Assembly (NCBI GenBank): GCA_900767015.1
Contig: CAAFXQ010000261.1
Span: 1-50,475 of the forward strand
DNA length: 50,475 bases
DNA from: Clostridia bacterium
Lineage (GTDB): Bacteria; Bacillota; Clostridia; Oscillospirales; Acutalibacteraceae
Direction: 5' to 3'
Under the pieces are notes generated by a model, which searched no databases, was not told where the DNA came from, and saw nothing but the letters and a program-made list of their open reading frames with translations. Below, piece after piece: positions 1 to 6,889 of the stretch (position 1 is the first letter of the stretch; every line of letters starts with the position of its first letter). Made by a program: the position numbers and the translations under genes.

Positions 1-16
1 ATTCGAAAGTAACCAC
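1..16 (-). CDS. 5' end of a second small hydrophobic-peptide gene (paralog of 317..415); the rest runs off the left edge
   Basis: The minus strand reads AAGGGAGGTG-ataagca-GTG GTT ACT TTC GAA T = (M)VTFE.., which aligns with VTYEN of the complete copy. It is preceded by the same promoter/leader element (41..121). Confidence 0.35.
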
Positions 17-40
17 TGCTTATCACCTCCCTTGCGGGAG

Positions 41-121
41 TAACCGCCTACCGTTATGTACAGTACCCTTGGCAGTCAGAGACTGCGTACTATTTATATC
101 ATTCATTGCGGATTTTGTCAA
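41..121 (-). repeat. Copy A of an 81-nt duplicated promoter + 5' leader element
   Basis: Hand alignment with 449..529 shows 2 mismatches in 81 nt. Flanking sequence (22..40 and 122..160) is also similar but more diverged. Confidence 0.85.
93..121 (-). promoter_or_regulatory. Sigma-A-type promoter of the copy-A peptide gene
   Basis: On the minus strand: TTGACA (116..121), 17-nt spacer, TATAAA (93..98). Confidence 0.5.
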
Positions 122-200
122 ATTCACAAAGCAAATTTTGTCTACTTTGCAAATTCCCGTTTATGTAAGAGTATTAAAACAGATCAAAACTTTTCAACAG

Positions 201-229
201 TTGACAAAACGAGGAAAACAGCATATAAT
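201..229 (+). promoter_or_regulatory. Consensus sigma-A promoter convergent with the 317..415 peptide gene
   Basis: TTGACA (201..206), exactly 17 nt, TATAAT (224..229). No plausible protein ORF lies downstream (only ATG ATA AGT TAA). Confidence 0.6.
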
Positions 230-235
230 AAAGAC

Positions 236-328
236 ACAAGGGTACTGCGATAAGCGGTTACAAGCCCTCAAATGATAAGTTAAAAGATTTAACCGTCAGT
301 TTGGTAGGCTGGGCGGTTATTTCTTTTT
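236..328 (+). ncRNA. Putative ~90-nt antisense RNA overlapping the stop codon and 3' UTR of the peptide gene (candidate type I antitoxin)
   Basis: It would start ~7 nt after the 224..229 -10 box and end at the hairpin plus U-tract at 290..328. It has no coding potential and is antisense to the last codons (KKK-stop) and 3' UTR of 317..415. There is no expression evidence. Confidence 0.3.
290..328. terminator. Hairpin usable as a bidirectional terminator by the antisense RNA and the peptide mRNA
   Basis: TAACCGTC (290..297) pairs with GGCGGTTA (312..319) (8 bp, one G-U) around a 14-nt loop. It is followed by TTTCTTTTT on the + strand and by AAATCTTTT on the - strand. The loop is large, so this is only a moderate terminator. 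Confidence 0.4.
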
Positions 329-415
329 ATGTTCAAGAATTATAACTGTTAATTCTATAATGCTTATGACAACAAGCGAAAATGTCAGTAAATTCTCGTA
401 TGTGACATACTGCAT
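317..415 (-). CDS. 32-aa single-TM peptide resembling holin-like toxin (Hol-Tox) / type I toxin peptides
   Basis: Sequence MQYVTYENLLTFSLVVISIIELTVIILEHKKK: internal Met of track ORF 317..529. GGGGGGTGG SD lies 5 nt upstream. The peptide has a hydrophobic core and a KKK C-terminus. The SD can be sequestered in the CCCTCGCAAGGG hairpin of the leader. Confidence 0.55.
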   Translation of the reverse strand: MQYVTYENLLTFSLVVISIIELTVIILEHKKK

Positions 416-448
416 CTGAACCACCCCCCTTGCGAGGGCAAAGAGTTG

Positions 449-529
449 TAACCGCCTACCGTTATGTACAGCACCCTTGGCAGTCAGAGACTGCGTACTA
501 TTTATATCATGCATTGCGGATTTTGTCAA
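449..529 (-). repeat. Copy B of the 81-nt duplicated promoter + 5' leader element
   Basis: Two mismatches versus 41..121. Contains the promoter and ~79-nt 5' UTR of the 317..415 gene. Confidence 0.85.
501..529 (-). promoter_or_regulatory. Sigma-A-type promoter of the 317..415 peptide gene
   Basis: On the minus strand: TTGACA (524..529), 17-nt spacer, TATAAA (501..506). Confidence 0.55.
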
Positions 530-603
530 ACCTTGTGCACAAGGCGCTTTTCAACTGTTCTCTTTGTCAAATTCACCAAGCAATTTTTGTCTGCTTCGTG
601 GAT

Positions 604-632
604 TTACTTTTTCCTTTCTAAAGGTATATAAT
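604..632 (+). promoter_or_regulatory. Possible promoter of the symporter gene
   Basis: TTACTT (604..609), 17 nt, TATAAT (627..632). The -35 box is weak. Confidence 0.3.
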
Positions 633-666
633 GATTATTTGAGAGAGAATGAAAGGAGAAAACTTT

Positions 667-2139
667 ATGAAACAGGAAACCAAAATCCTCACCACAAAAA
701 AAGCGCTGATTTATGCCGTCGGCATCTTCGGCGTTCAGCTTTTCATCGGCTACATGAACAGCTTTCAGACCGAGTTTTACAACAAGATGTACTCGGGCTT
801 TGACGGCAACATTTTTTACGCCTCGGCTGTCATCATCTTCGCTGCGAAGCTCATCAGCTGTATTTTCGACCCGCTCATCGGCGCCATGATCGACAAAAGC
901 CATCTGAAAGGCGGAAAAATGCGGCCGTGGGTGCTTCGAAGTGCGTTCCCGCTTGCGATTCTGACGACGCTGATTTTCATCTATATCCCCTTTGACTCGT
1001 TCGGCTCGGCAGGTAAGCCTTTGCTTTACGCTTACATAACGCTGACGACCGTGCTTTGGAATATTGCCATGAGCTTTGCCGATATTCCGTCGCAGGGTAT
1101 GCTGTCGCTTTTGTCTCCGAACGCCGACGAACGAAACGTCGCCGCAAGCTTTTCGAATATTGCAAAGTCGGTCGCCCTTGCCGTACCGGGCGTATTTGTG
1201 ACCGTTATCATGCTGATGCTCAATCTCATCAAGGGCGAGGGCAACTATCCCGACAAGGAATACTATCTTGTGACGGCGCTTGTCATGCTCGTTCTCGGAA
1301 CTTCCCTTTATCTTTTGATTTATTTCTGTAACCGTGAGACCGTTGCGAGCGGTCAGTCGGCTTCCTCAGTCTCGTTTAAAGAGATGTTTTCCGAAATCAA
1401 GACGAACAAAATGATTCTGATTGTCTTTCTGATCTATATCCTCGGCTTTGCCAGAACGATGCCGCTTATCGTCTGCGTTCAGGCGAACGGCGCTCTTATC
1501 GGCAAGGTCAGCCTGTTGGGTCTTACTATGGACACAACCGCCGACGCCACTTGGCTTCCGGGCCTTTTAGGGGGACTTACGGGCATTATCGGTATCAGCA
1601 TTGTGCCGCTTATCAATAAGAAGCTCGGCGAGAAGAAAACCTATATCGGCTTTTCGGTTGCCACGTTTGTTTTCACCGCCGCCTGCTGTATTTTCTATTG
1701 GCTTGTCCCGGCTGACAGCGCCTTACGCTACGGCAACGCCGCCTTGTTCATGGTCATGATTATGCAGTTTTTCTCGTCGTTCTTTATGTCGGCAAACACC
1801 TACATTCCGCTTGTTATGACGGCGGACATCGTTGATTGGCAGCTTTGGAAAACCGGCAAGAGAAAAGAGGGCGTAAACTTTGCGATTTTAAGTATGGCAA
1901 TCAAGCTGAGCAATGCGCTTTGCGTCGCCGCCGGTCTTCTGATGATTGCCGTTTCGGGCTATACGCAGGTCGTTTATGAGACGGGCAGTATTCCTCTAAG
2001 AACGCAGAACATCATCATGTTCGCTTTCCTGGGCTTTGCCGGCGTTTCGTCGCTTATCAGTGCCGTACCGATGCTGTTTTACAAGATTGACGAAAAGACA
2101 AAGAAGCAAATGCACGAGGCGGTCAGCGTATCGGAATAA
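667..2139 (+). CDS. Glycoside-pentoside-hexuronide (GPH) family / MFS sugar:cation symporter
   Basis: Multi-TM protein with the GPH loop motif DPLIGAMIDKS..GKMRPWVL. Start moved to the ATG at 667 (MKQETK), which has AAAGGAGAA 6-7 nt upstream; the track start at 649 has no SD. Confidence 0.85.
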   Translation: MKQETKILTTKKALIYAVGIFGVQLFIGYMNSFQTEFYNKMYSGFDGNIFYASAVIIFAAKLISCIFDPLIGAMIDKSHLKGGKMRPWVLRSAFPLAILTTLIFIYIPFDSFGSAGKPLLYAYITLTTVLWNIAMSFADIPSQGMLSLLSPNADERNVAASFSNIAKSVALAVPGVFVTVIMLMLNLIKGEGNYPDKEYYLVTALVMLVLGTSLYLLIYFCNRETVASGQSASSVSFKEMFSEIKTNKMILIVFLIYILGFARTMPLIVCVQANGALIGKVSLLGLTMDTTADATWLPGLLGGLTGIIGISIVPLINKKLGEKKTYIGFSVATFVFTAACCIFYWLVPADSALRYGNAALFMVMIMQFFSSFFMSANTYIPLVMTADIVDWQLWKTGKRKEGVNFAILSMAIKLSNALCVAAGLLMIAVSGYTQVVYETGSIPLRTQNIIMFAFLGFAGVSSLISAVPMLFYKIDEKTKKQMHEAVSVSE

Positions 2140-2156
2140 AAATATGACGGGTACGC

Positions 2157-2185
2157 TTGTTTATCCTTGTGTTTTGTGATATAAT
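2157..2185 (+). promoter_or_regulatory. Probable ppa promoter
   Basis: TTGTTT (2157..2162), 17 nt, TATAAT (2180..2185). Confidence 0.45.
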
Positions 2186-2215
2186 CGGGAACAAATGAAA
2201 GGAAGGGAAACCGAC

Positions 2216-2749
2216 ATGAACATATGGCATGATATTTCACCGAAAAGAATCAAACCCGATAAATTTTACGCCGTTATTGAAATCTCCAAGGGCGCAAAAA
2301 ACAAATATGAGCTCGACAAGGAAACCGGTATGTTAAAGCTCGACCGTGTTCTCTTTACCTCGACCCATTATCCCGCAAACTACGGCTTCATTCCCCGGAC
2401 GTTTGCGAGTGACGGCGATCCGCTCGATGTGCTTGTGCTTTGCAGTGAACAGATTCACCCGATGACCATTGTCGAATGTAAGCCGATCGGCGTTTTAAAA
2501 ATGGTCGACAGCGGCGTCAGCGACGAAAAGATTCTTGCCGTTCCGATCAACGATCCGAACTACAACACCTACGAGGACGTGTCGATGCTTCCGGTTCACC
2601 GCTTTGACGAAATCAAGCACTTCTTTGAAGTTTACAAATCGCTCGAGCACGACCGTCAGACCACAGTTTCCGAAATCTGCGGCTGTGATGAAGCGAAACA
2701 GATTATCGCTTCGTGTATCGACCGCTATATTGAAAATTACCAACGATAA
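2216..2749 (+). CDS. ppa: Family I inorganic pyrophosphatase
   Basis: MNIWHDISP..AVIEISKGAKNKYELDK..YPANYGFIP..DGDPLDVLVL is the classic soluble PPase signature. The start at 2216 has AAAGGAAGGG upstream. Confidence 0.93.
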   Translation: MNIWHDISPKRIKPDKFYAVIEISKGAKNKYELDKETGMLKLDRVLFTSTHYPANYGFIPRTFASDGDPLDVLVLCSEQIHPMTIVECKPIGVLKMVDSGVSDEKILAVPINDPNYNTYEDVSMLPVHRFDEIKHFFEVYKSLEHDRQTTVSEICGCDEAKQIIASCIDRYIENYQR

Positions 2750-2753
2750 AAAC

Positions 2754-2797
2754 AGGACGGAATACGAAAAATGTATTCCGTCCTTGTTGTTTTATTT
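2754..2797. terminator. Bidirectional rho-independent terminator between ppa (+) and nrdR (-)
   Basis: 12-bp perfect stem AGGACGGAATAC (2754..2765) / GTATTCCGTCCT (2773..2784). T-runs follow on both strands. Confidence 0.8.
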
Positions 2798-3247
2798 TTC
2801 GCCCAAAAGCTTTGCCAGCTCTTCCATAAAGGTGTTGATGTCCTTAAACTGACGGTAAACGGAGGCGAAGCGGACATAAGCGACCTCGTCGAGCGTCTTC
2901 AGCTTTTCCATCGCCAATTCGCCGATATGAACCGACGTTACTTCACGGTCAAGCGAATTCTGAAGCTCGGCCTCGATCTGACTTACCGCATCTTCAAGCT
3001 GACTGATCGAAACCGGACGCTTTTCACAGGCCCGGAGCATGCCGTTGAACAGCTTCACCCGGTCAAAGGCTTCCCGGGATTTATCTTTTTTGACAACAAT
3101 GATCGGTACGCTTTCAATGATCTCATAGGTCGTAAAACGCTTTCCGCAGGAGATACATTCCCGTCTGCGGCGAATTTTTTCGCCCTCATCGGTGGGTCTT
3201 GAATCGATAACCTTGCTTTCGGTATAGCCGCAAAACGGACACTTCAT
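2792..3247 (-). CDS. nrdR: Transcriptional repressor NrdR (zinc ribbon + ATP-cone)
   Basis: [42 protein letters not shown]. Start taken at 3247, 9 nt after AAAGGAAGG; the ATG at 3253 is too close to the SD. Confidence 0.93.
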   Translation of the reverse strand: MKCPFCGYTESKVIDSRPTDEGEKIRRRRECISCGKRFTTYEIIESVPIIVVKKDKSREAFDRVKLFNGMLRACEKRPVSISQLEDAVSQIEAELQNSLDREVTSVHIGELAMEKLKTLDEVAYVRFASVYRQFKDINTFMEELAKLLGEK

Positions 3248-3282
3248 TGTCATCAGCCTTCCTTTTTCTATTGTTATAGATT

Positions 3283-3311
3283 ATTTTATCATAAAAATAG
3301 ACCGTTTACAA
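3283..3311 (-). promoter_or_regulatory. Probable nrdR promoter
   Basis: On the minus strand: TTGTAA (3306..3311), 17 nt, TAAAAT (3283..3288). Confidence 0.4.
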
Positions 3312-3451
3312 GTTTTTTGTTCGATTTTTTGGGCGTTCTGTCTGACAATTCTATCCTATGCCGTCAGAGCCGTTCGACAATTATTCTGCTTTTTTGACAT
3401 TACAAGTTACAATACTGTAACCTTTAATTTTCTTATTATTAAAAATAATAA

Positions 3452-3480
3452 TTGACTATGTGTATGCATAGTGTTATAAT
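3452..3480 (+). promoter_or_regulatory. Near-consensus extended -10 promoter of the small lipoprotein gene
   Basis: TTGACT (3452..3457), 17 nt, TGtTATAAT (3472..3480). Confidence 0.65.
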
Positions 3481-3544
3481 ACCAACAGCTTCGAAAGGAA
3501 GATTATCCTTTACGGAGAAAAATATATGAAAGGTTATGATTCAA

Positions 3545-3769
3545 ATGAAGAAGATTCTTGCTATCGTACTTGCAGCAGTTCTTTGCCTTGCTCTTGCAGC
3601 TTGCGGCGGAAACAGCGACGCTACCACAGCAGCCGGTGACACCACTACAGCAGCTGACACAACCGTAGCTGATACTACCGTTGCTGAAGACACATCTGCT
3701 GAAGATACAACTGCTGAGGACACAACTGTTGAAGATACTACAGTTGAAGAAACCACAGTTGCTGAATAA
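3545..3769 (+). CDS. Small (74-aa precursor) acidic Thr-rich lipoprotein
   Basis: MKKILAIVLAAVLCLALAAC has a KK n-region and an LAAC lipobox. The mature part is (A/V)(A/E)(D/E)TT pentapeptide repeats. ATG 3536 is an alternative start. Terminator immediately downstream. Confidence 0.75.
   Translation: MKKILAIVLAAVLCLALAACGGNSDATTAAGDTTTAADTTVADTTVAEDTSAEDTTAEDTTVEDTTVEETTVAE
3653..3766 (+). repeat. Tandem 15-nt coding repeats (~7.5 units) inside the lipoprotein gene
   Basis: gct gac aca acc gta / gct gat act acc gtt / gct gaa gac aca tct / gct gaa gat aca act / gct gag gac aca act / gtt gaa gat act aca / gtt gaa gaa acc aca. Confidence 0.8.
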
Positions 3770-3791
3770 TTCAGACGAATTAAGAAATGGA

Positions 3792-3823
3792 AAGGCTTCG
3801 GGACTCCGGAGCTTTTTATTTTT
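3792..3823 (+). terminator. Rho-independent terminator of the small lipoprotein gene
   Basis: GCTTCGG (3795..3801) pairs with CCGGAGC (3806..3812), followed by TTTTTATTTTT. Confidence 0.75.
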
Positions 3824-3847
3824 GTTCATTCCTGATTGCCCATAAAT

Positions 3848-3880
3848 AATCCCTTTCAGTCGAAGAGCCTGAAAGGGATT
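3848..3880 (-). terminator. Terminator hairpin at the end of the long minus-strand cluster
   Basis: Perfect 12-bp stem AATCCCTTTCAG (3848..3859) / CTGAAAGGGATT (3869..3880), 48 nt downstream of the stop at 3928. Confidence 0.6.
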
Positions 3881-3927
3881 GCTTGCTTTTCTATTGGTTT
3901 TCGTAAGTATCTTCCGAAAGCTTTTCG

Positions 3928-4338
3928 TCAGTCGCCGTCCGTATTCAGCTCGGTGCGGTATTCTCCGATAAAGTTTTCCGCTTCGACGGTTACCGTGTAT
4001 GCTCCTGCCTTGTCGGCGGTTACCGTGAACTGCGATGAGGGCAGGTCTTTTCCTTGGTATATCGGTTTTTCTTCTCCGTTTTTTTCAATGCGGATACCAA
4101 GCGTTCCACTTTGCTTTTTAACGGTTATCCCGACTTCAACCGGCTTGCCGTCTTCAACACGGAAGCTCACGGTTTCACGGCCGTTTTTTACTGTGTACGT
4201 CTGTCCGTCGCAAGCCGTTACGACATCAACCTTCATCGAGTTGCCTTGTGTTCCGTCATCTTCCGGTGCACAGCCGAAAAGGGAGCAGACTGTCAACAAG
4301 ACAAAGAGAAACGAGAGCGCTGTTTTTGCGGTTCTCAT
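3928..4338 (-). CDS. Lipoprotein of unknown function
   Basis: MRTAKTALSFLFVLLTVCSLFGC has an LFGC lipobox. Its start overlaps the stop of the upstream permease gene (translational coupling). Confidence 0.75.
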   Translation of the reverse strand: MRTAKTALSFLFVLLTVCSLFGCAPEDDGTQGNSMKVDVVTACDGQTYTVKNGRETVSFRVEDGKPVEVGITVKKQSGTLGIRIEKNGEEKPIYQGKDLPSSQFTVTADKAGAYTVTVEAENFIGEYRTELNTDGD

Positions 4339-5240
4339 TTTCTGTCGCCCCGTTTCTTTACGGCGTTGAGCAGGATATAGCCGCCCACAAGTACGGCGAC
4401 CGAACCGCCTAAAATGAGGTACATGGTATTGATCCCGACCTTATCGCCGAAGAAATAGAGATTGCAGTCAATCGAGTCCTTGATTTCTTCTGTGACCTCC
4501 GGCGGAAAGCCGAGCGTATCCATGGCTTCGAATACGCCCCTGAGGGCGTGGTTGCGAAGCAGACAAGTGCCGTAGGTACCCGGCAAAAAGGAAAGCACTT
4601 TCTGAAGTCCGGGCGAAAACTGCAAAATCGGCATATACGCACCGCAAAGAAAGCCGTAGCCTGCGCTGATGACCGTACCGACCGCCGAAATCTGCCCCTG
4701 CGTCGAAAGAAAGTGATTGATGACAGACGAAAGAGCCGTGCCGAACATAACAAGCAGGAACACATCCAAAAGAAGTAAGGCAATATCGCCGCCCGACAGA
4801 TACCAGCCTTTTTTCACTAAGTACAAAAGGCTGATTCCCACGGCAATAAAGCAGATAATCAGTGTTGAGACAAGCGTTGCAAGGTAATAGCCGAGAGCAA
4901 GCGTGCCTCTTCTTACAGGCGTAATCAGAAGGTCGTGTCTTGCGCCCGAAACCTTGTCCTGTACCGACAGCATATTAGAGCAAAAGGCGACCGTGACACA
5001 GCACACCGCAAGCAGTGAGGACACAAGCTCACCGCCGACACAGCCGCCGATGAGCGAATCCGGAACCGTTGCCCCGAAAGCAGTCAGGGACTCCCGGAAG
5101 ATATCCTCATAGACACTGCTTAAAAAGGTTGCGTACAGCACTAAAAGAATCAGCGGTGTAATCAGGGACGTCAGAAACATACCCTTGTCTTTAAAGTAAA
5201 GCTTGATATTGCGTTTGACAAGTGCAAAAAGTGCCGTCAT
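4335..5240 (-). CDS. ABC-2 type transporter permease
   Basis: About six hydrophobic segments, 301 aa. Start overlaps the stop of the ATPase gene by 4 nt. Confidence 0.85.
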   Translation of the reverse strand: MTALFALVKRNIKLYFKDKGMFLTSLITPLILLVLYATFLSSVYEDIFRESLTAFGATVPDSLIGGCVGGELVSSLLAVCCVTVAFCSNMLSVQDKVSGARHDLLITPVRRGTLALGYYLATLVSTLIICFIAVGISLLYLVKKGWYLSGGDIALLLLDVFLLVMFGTALSSVINHFLSTQGQISAVGTVISAGYGFLCGAYMPILQFSPGLQKVLSFLPGTYGTCLLRNHALRGVFEAMDTLGFPPEVTEEIKDSIDCNLYFFGDKVGINTMYLILGGSVAVLVGGYILLNAVKKRGDRK

Positions 5241-6148
5241 TTTCCTTCCTCCTGTAATTTTTTGCCGGTGACCGCCAAAAAGACATCGTCCATTTTTCCT
5301 TTTGTGATTTCATAGTCGCTGAAAAGCTTCGGATTTTTCAGAATCAGGTCAGTGGCTTTCCTTGTGTCCGGAACAAAGACACGGAACCCGTCACGGACAG
5401 GTTCAAACGGTGAACCGAGTGCTTTCGCCTGCTGTTCGGTCACGCCGTAAAGCGTGATAAAGTCGCCCGTATAGGTGTTTTTCAGCTCCAGCGGCGACCC
5501 CTCGGCGGCGATTTTTCCGCTGTCGAGAATCACAACATAATCGGCGTCAGCAGCCTCCTCCATATAGTGGGTCGTGAGAAAAACCGTCATGTTTTCGTTT
5601 TTTTGAAGCTCGCTTACCACGTTCCATAGCGTCTTTCTCGTCTGCGGGTCAAGACCGGTTGTCGGCTCGTCAAGAATCAGTATTTTGGGCTTATGTAAAA
5701 GCGCACGGGCTACATCAATTCGTCTTCTCTGACCGCCCGAAAGCTTGCCGACGGGGCGCTTGAGTAAATCTTCAAAGTCAAGAAGTCCGGCAAGCTCACA
5801 AAGTCTTTCTTTAAATACGGCTCCCGAAAGCGAATACAGCGCCGCGCGGCTCTCTAAGTTTTCACGCACCGTCAGAGCCTTATCCAAAACGGAATTTTGA
5901 AACACGACGCCGAGATCCCGCTTGATACGGTCTGCGTTTTTATCAAGGTCACAGCCGTCAACAAGGATTTTTCCGCTGTCCTTGTGAAGCTGACCGCAGA
6001 TGATATTGATGGTCGTTGACTTTCCGGCACCGTTGACACCGAGAAAGGCGAACAGCTCACCGGTTTTAACCCGGAAGCTGATGTCCTGAACCGCTTTGAT
6101 GTCGCCGAAGCTTTTTGACAGATGCTCTATTTCAATGATATTGTCCAT
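5237..6148 (-). CDS. ABC transporter ATP-binding protein (ABC-2/DrrA-like exporter subunit)
   Basis: Walker A GVNGAGKST, signature LSGGQRRR, Walker B ILILDEP. Confidence 0.92.
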   Translation of the reverse strand: MDNIIEIEHLSKSFGDIKAVQDISFRVKTGELFAFLGVNGAGKSTTINIICGQLHKDSGKILVDGCDLDKNADRIKRDLGVVFQNSVLDKALTVRENLESRAALYSLSGAVFKERLCELAGLLDFEDLLKRPVGKLSGGQRRRIDVARALLHKPKILILDEPTTGLDPQTRKTLWNVVSELQKNENMTVFLTTHYMEEAADADYVVILDSGKIAAEGSPLELKNTYTGDFITLYGVTEQQAKALGSPFEPVRDGFRVFVPDTRKATDLILKNPKLFSDYEITKGKMDDVFLAVTGKKLQEEGK

Positions 6149-6202
6149 AGTCGGTCAATGCCCCTTTCTTCTTTTCTTTTTTCTTTTGCTGTTTTAAGAA
6201 TA

Positions 6203-6886
6203 TCATATCCCGTGGTTGACAATGTCCGCATATACCTCGTGCGGAATCATCGGAGCGGAAAGCCGGTCAAGCGTTTCTTTGCTCAGGGTTCCGCATTCGG
6301 CATATTCTTTTCCGGCTTCTTTGACAAAAAGTAAAAACGGCTTGGTCACGCTGTCAGCTTCGGGAGCGTTGAACATCGGTGCTTCGCTGACCGTGATGAC
6401 CGTTGACGAGCGGGGGAACATCATTTTAAACTGCATTGTCATCGCTTCGAAATTGTTTTCGCTGTTCGGAAAGCCGCAGCCGCAGATCATCAGATACTTT
6501 AAATGACTGTAATCTCGTTGCGCCGGGTGCTCATACCGTCCGTCAACCTTTTGCATCGCCATTGACGACAGCGGAAGCGTCCGGTCAATCAGGGCTTTCA
6601 GCTTCGCCGGCATACCGTAGCAGTAAAGCGGAAAGCTGAAAATCAAAAGCTCCGAAGCGAGAATTTCCTCGAGAATTTCCGCCATGTCGTCGTCATGAAT
6701 ACACGTTCCGCCGTTTGTCTTGCAGGTAAAACAGCCCGTGCAGAATTCAATATGCTTATCGGCAACCGTAACCGTGTGAATTTCGTTTGGTTCGTGCTCG
6801 TTCATGCCGTCAACGAACGCACGGGTTATATGCATGGTGTCGCTTTTGTCCTTTTTCGGACTGCCGTTAAAAATCAGTATTTTCAT
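6203..6886 (-). CDS. Flavodoxin-like-fold FMN-dependent oxidoreductase (NADPH-dependent FMN reductase / iron-sulfur flavoprotein-like)
   Basis: MKILIFNGSPKKDKS N-terminus, a CTGCFTCKTNGGTC Cys cluster, and LIFSFPLYCYGMPAKLKALIDR. Confidence 0.8.
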   Translation of the reverse strand: MKILIFNGSPKKDKSDTMHITRAFVDGMNEHEPNEIHTVTVADKHIEFCTGCFTCKTNGGTCIHDDDMAEILEEILASELLIFSFPLYCYGMPAKLKALIDRTLPLSSMAMQKVDGRYEHPAQRDYSHLKYLMICGCGFPNSENNFEAMTMQFKMMFPRSSTVITVSEAPMFNAPEADSVTKPFLLFVKEAGKEYAECGTLSKETLDRLSAPMIPHEVYADIVNHGI

Positions 6887-6889
6887 TGT

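Noticed and set aside
56-803. Plus-strand ORFs 56..253, 69..275, 430..621 and 477..803, and the full 70-aa version of 317..529.
   Set aside because: They run antisense through the duplicated promoter/leader elements, which is why two of them share the MAVRDCVLFIS.. peptide. They lack an RBS. The 70-aa version would start inside the promoter of its own gene. Only the 32-aa C-terminal part has an SD and a peptide-like sequence.
3403-3418. GTTACAatacTGTAAC inverted repeat upstream of nrdR, considered as a possible NrdR box. Also the GAATTCAAaTTGAATTC palindrome at 11579..11595.
   Set aside because: The first does not resemble the NrdR-box consensus as I remember it. Both are single short palindromes in AT-rich DNA with no second copy and no positional link to a promoter, so the support is insufficient.
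3503-3829. 108-aa and 71-aa minus-strand ORFs antisense to the Thr-rich lipoprotein gene, and a 37-aa plus-strand ORF from ATG 3526 (MKGYDSNEEDSCYRTC...) that sits 8 nt after GGAG.
   Set aside because: The antisense ORFs are artefacts of the low-complexity repeat (Val/Ser-rich mirror translation). The 37-aa frame has a good SD spacing but an implausible Cys/Arg/Ser composition, whereas the other frame encodes a textbook lipoprotein signal. It is kept only as a remote alternative.
3836-4380. Plus-strand ORFs of 177 aa and 108 aa overlapping the 3928..4338 lipoprotein gene.
   Set aside because: They are antisense to a gene with a clear lipobox and translational coupling to the ABC permease. 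They have no RBS and a Ser/Pro/Phe-rich composition.
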